64,000 nucleotides of DNA, taken from positions 41,296 to 105,295 of the forward strand of contig NIVC01003300.1 in the NCBI GenBank assembly GCA_002269645.1, given 5' to 3'. Within the stretch, counting starts at the first letter, position 1; each line of letters opens with the position of its first letter. The stretch comes from Macrostomum lignano. Lineage: Eukaryota. This document shows, piece by piece, positions 25,201 through 38,479 of the stretch. The notes under the pieces were generated by a model, which was not told where the DNA came from, made no database searches, and saw only the letters and a program-made list of their open reading frames with translations. The position numbers and the translations under genes are program-made.

Positions 25201-26799
25201 CAAGGTCCAGTTTTGCACATGTTTCTCTGTAGCTTGGTTACAAGGATTCTAATAAAAATATAATAAATATGTCCAATGAACTAACTGATACATAGCCAAA
25301 TTGAAGTATTTTCAAAAACAAAAAAAATCATTTGCTCAGTTTACTTTACTCGATATCTGTGTAAAATTTCAGCTCAAAAGGTGCTCCATGGAGAATGCTA
25401 GTGTGGTTACAGGATATTTATTTTGTGCTTCAAAGTAGGAGTTTATTGCAATGCATGGTTGCTTTTAATTATTTTTATCAACAATAGTACTCTATTTCAT
25501 AACAATTTTTACAAAAAGATAATAAGACATGTTTTTCTAATTATCTGCATCAAAATGTATCATTTTAAGCGCACATTCTAGACGTCAGCTGAAAAATACA
25601 TTTTGTGAAATGAGAAGAGGCTATCCCACCGGAAATGCTAGGCGTACAGTTAAGCGTCTATAAAATCATTTATAGTGCAGTTTATTAAGCTTTAAAAAAA
25701 ATCTTAAATTAAATTTATATAAGCTTTCATTTTAAATGTAATATAGCAAGTTTTCAACACAACAACAACTTTTTTTAGCTACAGACATCATAGTGTCAAA
25801 AATTAGGACATCGGTGAAGTGATTGAATTTGAATTTTTTCATCACCTAATATCGCCTAATACCGCAAGACAACTTAAAACACTTTTGCAACATAAATTTC
25901 AACCTAAAAATTATCTTTATTCACAGATGAAAGTGTCCTATTATTTTCAATACGGCAGTAACAATAGTAAATGTTCCGAAAATTGTTAAAATTTTTGCTC
26001 CTCCCAGAATTTGAGAACGACCCCACTGGTGTCAGCAAATTTTCGAAACCGAGAGTTTCCAAGAAAAAATTCTTCTCCACCCCCACCTCACCGTTATTCT
26101 TCACGTCTCTACGACTACGAGGAGTAGCGATGTACTCTGGCCAGCTGGTTTAAATTCATTTTTGTATTTTTATATAATTAGGTTGGGTGTGAAGGTTGGT
26201 AGTGTTGGCAGCAATTATTTAAATTATTTAACGGGCTTGCACGAATTTATATATACTATCTATAGGCCTAATTACTGTACAGTGTAGTGAGTGTAGTCCA
26301 CAATATTTTTTTACAAAAAATTAAAATTGTTTTTAGCCTTTAGGGATAGGCTAGGCCTAACCTAATAGGTGATAAGTGAATTAATTTTTCCTATGTGTTG
26401 GCCTATTTAGCAAAAATATGCATTTTTTTAATATTACTATCACTTTTCTACTTATAGTTTTATAAGATAACCCTATTAACCCAAGTGCCAAGCCAGACTC
26501 CAGACAGGTTACTATGTATGCCAGCCAGATAGGGATAGGGCTTTAAAAAACTGATACTTACCTATTATCAATTATATCAATTATATCAATCAATTTATAA
26601 AAAATAAATAAAAATTAGTTTTATTTTCAAATAAAAAATTGGTAATTTTAGTATAAAAGGCATAAAAAATAATTAATAAAATGTAAAGCCAAAGTAATAA
26701 ACTATTTTCTATATAGTAATTTTGTGAAGATTTGTAAAACTTTGTAAAAATAAAGTTAGAAAAATATCTTATATGCTAGAATTTTCTGGCATATATTAG

Positions 26800-27252
26800 C
26801 CATAGCTGGGAAGGTGGCAGTTTTTGGTGAATTTTCCGGCGCAAATTGGCCCTTTTTTTGGCACACACGGTGCACACGGCGTACAAGGAAAAATTGGAAA
26901 TGCTTTGGCGGCGCACATGGCGCATGGTGCTGAAAAAATATATAGTTACACTTCATTATACTTTGCAAAATATATAGTGTCAGGCCTAATTCCATAATTT
27001 GTAAAATAGAATTATGTAAATTACATAAATTACGTAAATCACGATATAAAATACGTAAATGAAATTCAAATTTGTCTACCGTAAATTCCTTATGGTAGAA
27101 TAAATACCTTACCTTACCTTACCTTACCTTAGACTTACCTTATCATGGCGCGCTGCGGCGCACAAAATCTTTTCTTCATGGCGCATGGTACACAGTGCTC
27201 AAAAGCCATCAAAATAGTTCCGGCGCACACTGTGCCACCTTCCCGACTATGG
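26800..27252. mobile_element. MITE (453 bp), ~20-bp TIR, 8-bp TSD (hAT- or P-like)
   Basis: Left end ccatagctgggaaggtggca; right end tgccaccttcccgactatgg. Both flanks are tatattag (26792-26799 and 27253-27260). Subterminal ggcgcac/ggcgcatgg repeats. Confidence 0.85.
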
Positions 27253-27415
27253 TATATTAGGGGCCTAGCCCTTCATAGTTCATTGGCATCCTTTTATCTA
27301 AAAAAGTTGTATATGGCAAACAAAAAGTGGTATATAAAGTTTTTTGAAAATAGGTATAAGTACCTTCTAGTTTCTGTAACAAAGGGTTGAACATTTCAAA
27401 AAAGCTTTAAAAAGG

Positions 27416-27887
27416 CCATACTCTAGATCATGTAATAGTATATATATACCCAAAAATTCAGGTGTGCATTGGCCTTATATGCCAAAAGTAACATGCACAG
27501 TTGGCATGCATCCTTGAGAAAATAGTATACATGTACACCCGGCATGCACTTTGTAGAATCACGCATGAGAGTTATTGTGAAGTTAAAAAAAAGTTGATTT
27601 TTAAGCATAAATTTCAAGCTTTCCATTTTTTTCAAGCTTGTAAAAAACATTTAAACAAATCTTTGTGTGTATCAGTTTTCCACTGTAAATAGTATCATTT
27701 AAATAGCATAAAAAATCAACCAAATTATCTGTAAAATAGGGTCTATTATTATGGAATTTAAAAAAGTCATTGTTGCAACACTCGCATATTTTTTTAAAAA
27801 CTAGGCATGCACTAAATTTTCTTTGGCGTGCATTTGTAATTATTCAATTTTTGTTTAGGCATGCACCTAGCATGATCCAGACTATGG
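27416..27887. mobile_element. MITE (472 bp), 17-bp TIR, 8-bp TSD; termini related to the neighbouring MITE
   Basis: Left end ccatactctagatcatg; right end catgatccagactatgg (2 mismatches). Both flanks are taaaaagg (27408-27415 and 27888-27895). Internal gcatgca motifs. Confidence 0.85.
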
Positions 27888-28093
27888 TAAAAAGGTAGTA
27901 GTTAAAAGGTAATATAAGAGTGCAAATAAAAAATAAATTTTATAGGGCTATTATAAAGAATTCCCTATTAGAATAAATGTTGAAAACTCACAGACATGCA
28001 CTTTAGAAAGAGTCAAATTATTTTACCGCATTTTAGTAAGGTGGGGGCAGAGAAAAAAAAACTTTGAAATCAGTCGGTTGCTGACATCAATAG

Positions 28094-28292
28094 GGTGGGG
28101 CGGTTCAACTTTGAATTGCTACCTATGTTGACTGTTGATGGCACTCATAAAGCCAGAAAATTTCACAAACTGATATGTTTAGCTTCTTCTTTGATACTCT
28201 GTCTGTTGGGTCCTCAATTCTGAGGGGAGGGTAGTCATAATTCGCAGTCAAGCAGTCTTTTAATGGCACAGTTGTTTAGTTGGGTCTTCAGA
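28094..28292 (-). repeat. Dispersed repeat, hypermutated CpG-poor copy of 22024-22220
   Basis: The reverse complement aligns with 22024-22220. Differences are predominantly C->T and G->A. Confidence 0.8.
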
Positions 28293-29252
28293 TTCATATT
28301 GTACCACTATGGTATTTGGTATCCTGGGTCCTATTTCTTAGAGGCAAATTGAAAACTTATATGCCAGCTAGTATCAGTGAAAAAGTTAAAAATCAAACAA
28401 AAAACCAAAATTTATACTTTACCCTATATATATTCCTAAGTCTCTCTAACCCAAAATTTGCCAAAGGTCTTCAAAATCTTTTTTATAAGATGGCTATTTA
28501 AATTTAAATTTAATATAGACAAACCATTTATGTTTAGTAATGAAGTATGAGTAATATGTACTTAATTGAATTGTTGGTTTTTAGCATTAGTAAAATAAAA
28601 TAAGTCAGAGGTGTTAATAAATAAACATAGTGTTTAATTGGCTAGTCAATGGAAATAGTAGGTCCTATTCAAGCATAAATGATTTATAAATTCACTGTGT
28701 CTATTTTTTGTCAGTCAATGAAATTATTCTATTAATAAACTTGTAGCTATAGACACATTAGAATAATTTTTTGCCAGGAATGCTTTAGAAGAAACAAGGA
28801 CTACTATAGTAGACCTAGGATCAAAGATTAGACCAACACATGATGCCATAAAAATTGAACAGAGTTGAAAAATCCTAGAAATTTTCAGAGATTCCACATA
28901 ACTGTTTTATCTGTTTGATCAATTGTTCTTATATTTTATGCTATTGAACACAGTTGTATCTATGAGTATATCTAAATTTTCAGCTGACTTGAGCATTCCT
29001 ATAAAAAAGTGACCTCAGTCCAGAAACGTAAGACACCCAATTGTATAATTGAATTAATTTTTTCCTTATATATGTCTATTAGAACACTACTGTAGGTATA
29101 CTATTGCATACTCTTACTATTAATTCGAGAAATAAACTTTCTAAGCCTGTTAAAGTTACTTAATTCAGTGATGACAAAACAAATAACTTCAGCCAATTAT
29201 TGATGCAAACAAGCCTCGCAATGTTAGGCGCCTACTAGCTTAGCTTTAAACG

Positions 29253-31397
29253 ATGGCAGCCAACCGAGCTACACAGCAAAAGCGCCGATCTGTGAGTTTC
29301 ATTAGAATTGTGCTCAAATAATACCTGTAATTCCTTCAAAAGTATCCATATGCACTAAAAATCGCCGTACAATCTCTAAATCATCTATTTACAGCCACAC
29401 AGGTCATTCCTGTACATCCCCACAGATCATTTCTGTACATCCCCACAGCTCATTTCTGTACAACATCCCTACAGATCATTTCTGTACATCCCCACAGATC
29501 ATTTCTGTACATCCCCACAGATCATCCCTGTACATTCCCACAGATTCCCACAGATCATCCCTGTACATTCCCACAGATTCCCACAGATCATCCCTGTACA
29601 TTCCCACAGATTCCCACAGATCATCCCTGTACATTCCCACAGATTCCCACAGATCATCCCTGTACATACCCACAGATCATCCTTGTACATTCCCTCAGAT
29701 TCCCACAGATCATCCCTGTACGTCCCCACAGATCATCCCTGTACATACCCACAGGTCATCCCTGTACATACCCACAGATCATCCCTGTACATACCCACAG
29801 ATCATCTCTTCTACCTCCACACAGATCATTCCTGTACATACCCACAGATCATCCCTGTACATACCCACAGATCATTCCTGTACATACCCACAGATCATCC
29901 CTGTACATACCCACAGATCATCCCTGTACATACCCACAGATCATCCCTGTACATACCCACAGATCATACATGCGCAACCCCCCTGATTTACACTGGCCAT
30001 GCGACTTACTTTTTGACCAAAAATGCGACTTACCTGTGAAAGAAACCCTAGAGCAACTTACCGCAATTTTGGGTAAACGGCAGAAGTAATTATGACTGTC
30101 TTATAAAGGCTAAATGCCTCGTCATCTAATTAGTATTACGTCTGTATTCTTTGGGGTGGGCATTTTTGCGACTTACCCCTGGTCCGCCACAATTTACGGT
30201 GGCCAGATCGGCTAGGTCGGCCAGCAGTTGCGCATGTATGCCCACAGATCATCCCTGTACATACCCATAGATCATCCCTGTACATACCCCCAGGTCATTC
30301 CTGTACATACCCACAGATCATTCCTGTACATACCCACAGATCATCCCTGTACATACCCACAGATCATCCCTGTACATACCCACAGATCATCCCTGTACAT
30401 ACCCACAGATCATCCCTGTGTACATCCCTGCAGATAATCCCTGTTCACCGCAGGCACAGAGCTGCTTATTGCTGAGCAAGAAACCCATTTACTCACAATT
30501 TCATTCACAGGGCTGTCTGAAAGGTGGTGCAGCCGCCGAGGCTTCAGCATCGCCGTCGCCTTCAGATGCAAATGCTGACGACCTCCAGCTGCCGGGCTGG
30601 GGCGGTCAGAGCCCGGTGGCACCTCGTTACGCCCTGTCAATGCTGGACTCCGGGCTGAAGATTCGACTCACAGCTCGGCGCGAGCTGCACGAGGAGCTGG
30701 AGCAGCAAGGGCCGGACAATGACTCCAGTGAGTGCTGAGCTGCTTCCAATCAGCTGTTTCAGTTGTGAAAGGGGCGAGAAATGACTAGTGAATGACTCTG
30801 AGCAAATTTTTCCTTCTAGAAGCAGCAGCAGCCTCGCCAAAACCAGAGCCTATGCCGATGCCGCCCGAGCTTCTGGAATCTGATGGCGAAGAGCTGCTGG
30901 AAGAGGGCGGCGACAGTGACATTGAGGATGCCGCGGCGCCGCAGCTGCAGACGCCGCCGCCACCGCGAAACACAGTCGAGATTGTGTACACTGTGGATAG
31001 CGTGCAGCTGTCAGCGAGTGGCACCATTGACTTCAGCTCGAGCTGCCCACCCCTCAGCATCAAGCGGTTAATCCCGATCGCCTCTGTACCGTTGGGTTCC
31101 ACTCGGCAGCCGCCAGCGCTGGCCACAGTGCGCGGAGCCGGCCTCGGCCTGGCCAGGCTGGTGGACAGGATGTACGATCGGCAGCTCGGGCTGCTAGCTG
31201 ATGCCGACTACGGCGAAGGAGAGGGCGAGTTTCCGCTACTCCTGCTGCCTGCTGCCCGTCTGCCATGGGCCTCCCTGACTGTCCACCGCCTGCCCGAGGC
31301 AGCGCCGGCGGCCTCCATCGACCCGGCACCGCCGCCGGATTGGTGGCTGGCGTCCGACGGGCCCGACAGCGAAGTCAACCTCAACAGCCTGCGGCGG
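29253..31397 (+). CDS. Unidentified protein-coding gene, 3' part not resolved
   Basis: Exons 29253-29291 (MAANRATQQKRRS, donor gtgagt, phase 0), 30511-30727 (phase 0->1) and 30820-31397 (phase 1->0, donor gtgagt). All phases are consistent. No family motif was recognised and the next exon was not identified. Confidence 0.7.
29395..30440. repeat. 23-bp (with 33-bp variant) minisatellite in intron 1 of the unidentified gene
   Basis: Unit atccctgtacatacccacagatc; 33-bp variant around 29520-29710; interrupted by a MITE. Confidence 0.95.
29965..30240. mobile_element. MITE (276 bp), perfect 14-bp TIR, apparent 9-bp TSD
   Basis: catacatgcgcaac (29965-29978) and gttgcgcatgtatg (30227-30240). cccacagat lies on both sides. 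Internal motif gcgacttac occurs three times. Confidence 0.85.
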
Positions 31398-31419
31398 GTG
31401 AGTCCGTGGCGGGTTGGCT

Positions 31420-32340
31420 GATTCTTCAGTGCCCCTCCCTGATTCTTCAGTGCCCCTCCCTGATTCTTCAATGCCCTTCCCTGATTCTTCAGTGCCCCTC
31501 CCTGATTCTTCAATGCCCTTCCCTGATTCTTCAGTGCCCCTCCCTGATTCTTCAATGCCCCTCCCTGATTCTTGAGTGCCCCTCCCTGATTCTTCAGTGC
31601 CCCCTCCCTGATTCTTGAGTGCCCCTCCCTGATTCTTCAATGCCCCTCCCTGATTATTGAGTGCCCCCCTCCCTGATTCTTCAGCCCCACTCCCTGATTA
31701 TTCAGAGCCCCTCCCTGATTCTTCAGCCCCACTCCCTGATTATTCAGAGCCCCTCCATGATTATTCAGAGCCCCTCCCTGATTATTCAGAGCCCCTCCCT
31801 GATTCTTCAATGCCCCTCCCTGATTCTTCAGTGCCCCTCCCTGATTCTTCAGTGCCCCTCCCTGATTCTTCAGTGCCCCTCCCTGATTCTTCAATGCCCC
31901 TCCCTGATTCTTCAGTGCCCCTCCCTGATTCTTCAGTGCCCCTCCCTGATTCTTCAGTGCCCCTCCCTGATTCTTCAATGCCCCTCCCTGATTCTTCAGT
32001 GCCCCTCCCTGATTCTTCAGTGCCCCTCCCTGATTTTTCAATGCCCCCTTCCTGATTCTTGAGTGCCCCCCTCCCTGATTCTTCAATGCCCCTCCCTGAT
32101 TCTTTAGTGCCCCCTTCCTGATTCTTGAGTGCCCCCCTCCCTGATTCTTCAATGCCCCTCCCTGATTCTTCAGTGCCCCTCCCTGATTCTTCAGTGCCCC
32201 TCCCTGATTCTTCAGTGCCCCTCCCTGATTCTTCAGTGCCCCTCCCTGATTTTCAGTCCACTACCCTGATTTTCACTCTCCCTGATTTTTAGTCCACTCT
32301 CCCTGATTTTCAGTCCACCTTCCCTAATTTTCATTCTGAT
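31420..32340. repeat. 21-bp minisatellite starting just after a splice donor
   Basis: Unit ctgattcttcagtgcccctcc, about 40 copies, degenerating at the 3' end. Confidence 0.95.
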
Positions 32341-33667
32341 TTTCAGTCCTATTACTGATCCCCTAGCTGGTGCCGCTACCCTGTACTGTTTTCTGAGAAG
32401 CCTCATCTAAAATCCAGGCAGCAAATTAACTGCATTGTTGATAAATTTCAGAGCAACATCTTCAGGCAGCAATTTGGTTAGTACATCGCAAAATGTCACC
32501 CGGAGGTCCTACTGGCCCGCGAGATACTGCTAACAGTAGTGACACACAGTTAACTTTCTGTACACTATTCTGGCGTATTTTTCAGTGTGCATTCAGCTGT
32601 TTTTTTTCTCAATTATAATTCTGTCAATCATCGCTCATCTCCGGCTAAGCCTTGATCAATTTTCTCCCATCTTGCAAGTTCCTGTTTCCTGTAAAGTTTT
32701 TCTGCCACTAAGGATGTCATCTTTGCATACGTAATTTATTCAGCTTTTTGTACAGTAAATTTAATTAAAAGTGTATGTAGATATTGGTTTTGCTAGATGT
32801 GTTAAAATAAATATTAATTTTATACTAATAGTATTAGTTACAGTTTATTTTAGACATTACACTATGCCAAAGGCTGCTGCTTATTTTCCTGTGTCACTCT
32901 GTCTGACCGCGTATAACTCGAAGTGGAGCTTTTTAAAAGCAGAGTTTGTCCTCTTGTTTTAAACAAATAACTTGTCCTTTTACTCGAGAGTTAGATTTTA
33001 AAGATAATTTTGTTAAAATATCAGTAGCGCAACTGCCACCTGCCTCTTGAGTTGTTTTTGTTGTCTTTTTGTACATAAAGTTTCATTAATTTTATCACGT
33101 CTGCAAAATTCTGTTTTTAATAAATTAACTGCTTCGAGAAATAAATAAATTGAAAAAAATAAGACTCGTGATTGTTTAAAAGTTAACTAATTTGATATAT
33201 GGATATTCTGTCCGAAGTGAATAATCAATATTTACTTTATCCAGTGTCCAATGCAAGTAGATATTTTAGCAAATACAAAATGGCAACATGTAATTTTGTC
33301 AGTCTGCACAGACTCACTAACACAGCTAAGCCTAACTATTAGGTAAGTAGTTTAGAGTCGGGGAAGACAGACAGGGGATCAGCCACTGCCAGCACAACAT
33401 GGCTGGAACCTTGGGATAGGGTAAACTGAAGGTTAAACTATTATAGACAAACTAAAGTTGAGAAATGTACCTCAGTAGTGGTTAAAGTAAGCTATTAGTA
33501 AATTATTGCAATAGTATTACAATATACACTTTGACTCGACAAAATACTGAAGTAAATCAACCGCAGCTGGCCTCTACAGTTACGGCTCGAATAAATGTGC
33601 AATTTATGAAAGATTTTCAGCTTTGTTAATCTATGGTAAATTAATTACTACTCAGGCCAGTAATGCA

Positions 33668-34471
33668 TTATACTCGGGATTCCCTAGGCTGCGAACTCAT
33701 GCTGGCAGCGGGGCGCCTGCTGCTGGCTGGCAAGCCTGCAGAATGAGCTGGCTGAATTGAAAGTTTTGCTTCGGGTCGCTGCTGCCGCTGATGCGATGAC
33801 CGCAGACTCTGTCCGTCTTGTGGAGGCTTTGATGACCTGGCTACAGGAATCGGGGCCTCCCTATGCAAGTCATTATTTGCGGCGGCGGCGGCGGGGCTCT
33901 GCCTCAGCTGCGGCAGTATGCTCTCCAGAGTGCTCCGGACGTCCCTCGGCGTCGGCGCCGCAGACATTAATCGGCGCACTGCGACCTCCGCATTCAGCAG
34001 GTCGAGCAGCAGGCGGCGCAGCTGCTTCTCCCATTCCTTGTCGTCGAAGTCTTTGTCGCCGGGCGCGGGTCGCAGCTGGTATTCCTGTACTTCGTTGCCA
34101 TCTAAAGCCGATACGTAGCCCATGCATTTAAGCACTTCCTCGTGCAGAGCAACGTGTCTCAATGTGTGGATATAATAGCCCGTACAAGTTCTCACTTTGT
34201 GGTACTCCTGTTTCCAGGGAAACATCAGCAGGTTAAAGGTCATGTAAGCGAAGCTGTGGAATGCTGTTATCAACAGAGGCAGGCTTAGGCTACTATTGAC
34301 ATTTCTTAAAATCAGCTGTTGCATGAAAATATTGCGGCAAACTAACTTCTCCTTTGAATTAATCTCAGTGCATGCATCTTGGTGCACCTGCTGCCAATCA
34401 GATGGCCAGAACTCCAAGTTGTCTTTTAGACTCCATGGCGGCTGTTGCTGGTCATCTGGAGGCCTCGCCAT
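33668..34471 (-). CDS. SPATA2-like: SPATA2/tamozhennic-like PUB-domain protein, 267-aa ORF (possible downstream exons not excluded)
   Basis: LLITAFHSFAYMTFNLLMFPWKQEYHKVRTCTGYYIHTLRHVALHEEVLKCMGY resembles, from memory, the SPATA2 PUB signature [25 protein letters not shown]...ILSCMGY. It is followed by a low-complexity tail. Confidence 0.7.
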   Translation of the reverse strand: MARPPDDQQQPPWSLKDNLEFWPSDWQQVHQDACTEINSKEKLVCRNIFMQQLILRNVNSSLSLPLLITAFHSFAYMTFNLLMFPWKQEYHKVRTCTGYYIHTLRHVALHEEVLKCMGYVSALDGNEVQEYQLRPAPGDKDFDDKEWEKQLRRLLLDLLNAEVAVRRLMSAAPTPRDVRSTLESILPQLRQSPAAAAANNDLHREAPIPVARSSKPPQDGQSLRSSHQRQQRPEAKLSIQPAHSAGLPASSRRPAASMSSQPRESRV

Positions 34472-37033
34472 GCATGCAGGTTTTTGAGTTGAAATTCAAA
34501 AACTATCAAAATTATGAGGCAACTTTGTTAAATTAGTGCCTTCAATCTATCAAACATCTACACAAGGATATTATAGTACATTAGTTGAATTACTTTTAAA
34601 TATTATATCTAAAGCTGAGTGGATCTCCTAGATGGCAGCCAGCAGGCAACTCAAATGTGGGACTTATATATATCAATGCAGAATTTTCCAATGCAACAAA
34701 TAGGCTATTTTAATGTTGAAAATTTCAAAAATATGTTGGTTAAAAAAGCAAAAAATACTTATTAAAACATTCTTTGGCCACTTTGCCTCTCTAGTAGAAA
34801 GGTCATGGCATGTTTGTAAAAAAGGGTTAGAGAGGAAACAGCTATCAATTTCTAACTGCCGCTATATATTGGAAGGAAGTAGGTTGCTATATATTAAGTA
34901 AGGTAGGTGACACACGTTCTGTGTTCAATGCAAAAAACCAAAACCCCCCATCTTGGAGATGCAATTAAATTTTATTTATTTATATAAAGCTAAACAGCTA
35001 AAAGTTGTTAAAAATTATAAGAGGTTTTTTATAACTGTTGCACTTTTGAACTTACAATTAAAATATTTACAAAAATTCATTAAAGATATAGGCCCCCTAC
35101 CTATATAAAAGAATAACAGGTTTAGCCTTTAACTATAATCTATTCAATTATTTTGAATTAGTTCATTTTTGGCACAAAAGGACAATAACAATATATATCA
35201 TTTAATGTCAATGCAATAACTAGTATCAGTTTTTTTCAATTCTTTTGGTAAGCCCTGCATGTAAAATTTATATGTTATTACACATATTTTATATTGAGTG
35301 AATTTAATTAACAAATCAAAAATGAAAAGTGGTTAGAGTGAACATTGTGATAGATAGTTAAAGAGAAGAGTGAAAGTTCAAATTCAAACCAACAATTATA
35401 TCTTATAAAAATTTAGAAATTATTAGCAAGTATAGTTTTATCCTACAAGGATCTCAGTAGAATTTTTAGTGACTAAGCAATTGTTTTTTATTCTTTGAAA
35501 ATGATACTGCTGAGTGATATTCACTGATGTGATGGAGAGCTTCAGCTAAAAAATCTGCAAGAGGAAGGATTAGCAAAAAAGTATATAATCAATGTTTTTG
35601 TTTGGGAGCTATGCAGAAAGATGATAAGAAAACGGAAACCAAAGCAATTAAAATATTAATTACTCAGTGTTCCGAACATGTTCTGTACAGTAAGGAGCGA
35701 ATCAGGAGCTGAGGTAATTTTATGGAACAGGCTTAATATAGTATATAGTTTAAGTACGTTGCAAGAACACCCGTTTAAATACGATGTGTTCAATTGGCTA
35801 TTACAAACAGCCTTTTGTAATAATTTATTTTTAATAAATCAGTACATTTTTGTCAAAATGCAGCGTAAAATGTAAAAATCTAAAAGAAGCATATATATCA
35901 CTAGTAAATTTTGTTTTAACTTTTGTATCCACAACACTACCAAGTGTGGCAATTCAGTTTTAAACATTTTTTACTTTTCTGCACTGAGAAGAACTAAACG
36001 CAAGCGATTCGACTAGCAAAGCAAGTTCAATTCCTTAATGTATAACTTTCTAAATATATTTAAAATTTAAGCATAATCTAAATCGTTCCAACTCTGTCAC
36101 ATGTGGTTTCTTATTTCAGTATAAATTGTGTGAACGTACTAAGAGAAGTTTTTTATTCCACCTTGCCTAAAAATTTAAATTCTGTAGATGAGTATTTATA
36201 TAATTTATTTATCTAGATGGAGAAGAAAGCTGTGGTAGATACTGCAGCACAAACTATTTTTGCAGACAAGAAATACAACTTTTATTTACATTCGTTCGCT
36301 AAGCTGAAAATCAAAATAATATTCCTGATACTAAAAACTATTCGCTTCTTGATGATCAGCAGGATTAATTAAAATTGTAACTGAATCAATAACCAGCTCA
36401 CTTTCTGTATGGTTTTTTATGTACCTAAAAGAGCTGAGCATTATATTTATTTTTGTTTCTAGCAAATGAATACTACATATACAAATACTTTTCTATTTTG
36501 TGCATGGGATTTAGCTAAGGCTATTTACATTTTTCATTTCACACAATGACAGTATATTATGCAATATATATATTTATATTACCTTTCTATTAGTATAAAG
36601 AACTACTAAATTACTGAATAACTTTTCTTGAGTACTATTCCGCCGTACACAGTGAAACTGCAGAATATCACCATCGCATTGTTTGGTGCCTTCTATCGCA
36701 TTAAATCCCTCAACTTTAATTTTAGAAGTCTGTTCCTAGCCATAATAAAGTGGCTTCTGTAGTATGTGTTGCGTAATTGAAGATTTGAAATCATTTGATG
36801 TGCAATTAAATATTAGATAATAAATAGAATGAAAAGCCTAAAATGCATTCAAGTTTTCAACTTTCTGGAAGTAAATTTTTATATATTCATACAAAAGTAA
36901 AAAGCATATTACTATACTTTGCTCTGAAGCAGCACCTAAGAATTTTGGCTGTTCTCACTCAACTTAAGGTTTTTTTAAATCATTGCACTTGATTAACTCT
37001 GCAGCGCGAATAGACTTGCTAAAAATAGCGATC

Positions 37034-38117
<1,084 letters not shown>

Positions 38118-38479
38118 AGGACGTTATTTCAGCTAAAAATATTTTGAGACACGATGTGAGGATTTTTGCATATTTTAATGTAATCTGCAGAGAAATAATA
38201 TGAAATATGATTATTGATGCGAAGTTTTTACCGTAGCAAATGAACTAAGCTAGAAGTTTATGTCCTAAACCTGTTGTCTGTTATTCTTTCCATCTATTGT
38301 CTGTATTTTTTCAAAAAAATCTTTCAACTAAAATTTGTCTGTCTTTTGGTTTAATCCACAATAAATACTTCTACAGTGATGTTTGCGTTCTGTCCTTATG
38401 CTCGAAATTTGTTTTTGTTTTTTTAAGAAAATATATCAGCATTGACTAGCGGGCCAGCACTGCTTTCAGTAGGGCTGGC

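Noticed and set aside
31208-32152. Long repetitive ORFs (KNQGGAL, SSVPLPD, LILQCPS); similar ones at 3233, 16341-20490, 29476-30437, 37287-38117, 44141-44906, 51834-52733 and 60042-60843
   Set aside because: They are translations of intronic or intergenic tandem repeats whose units lack stops in some frames. There is no coding context.
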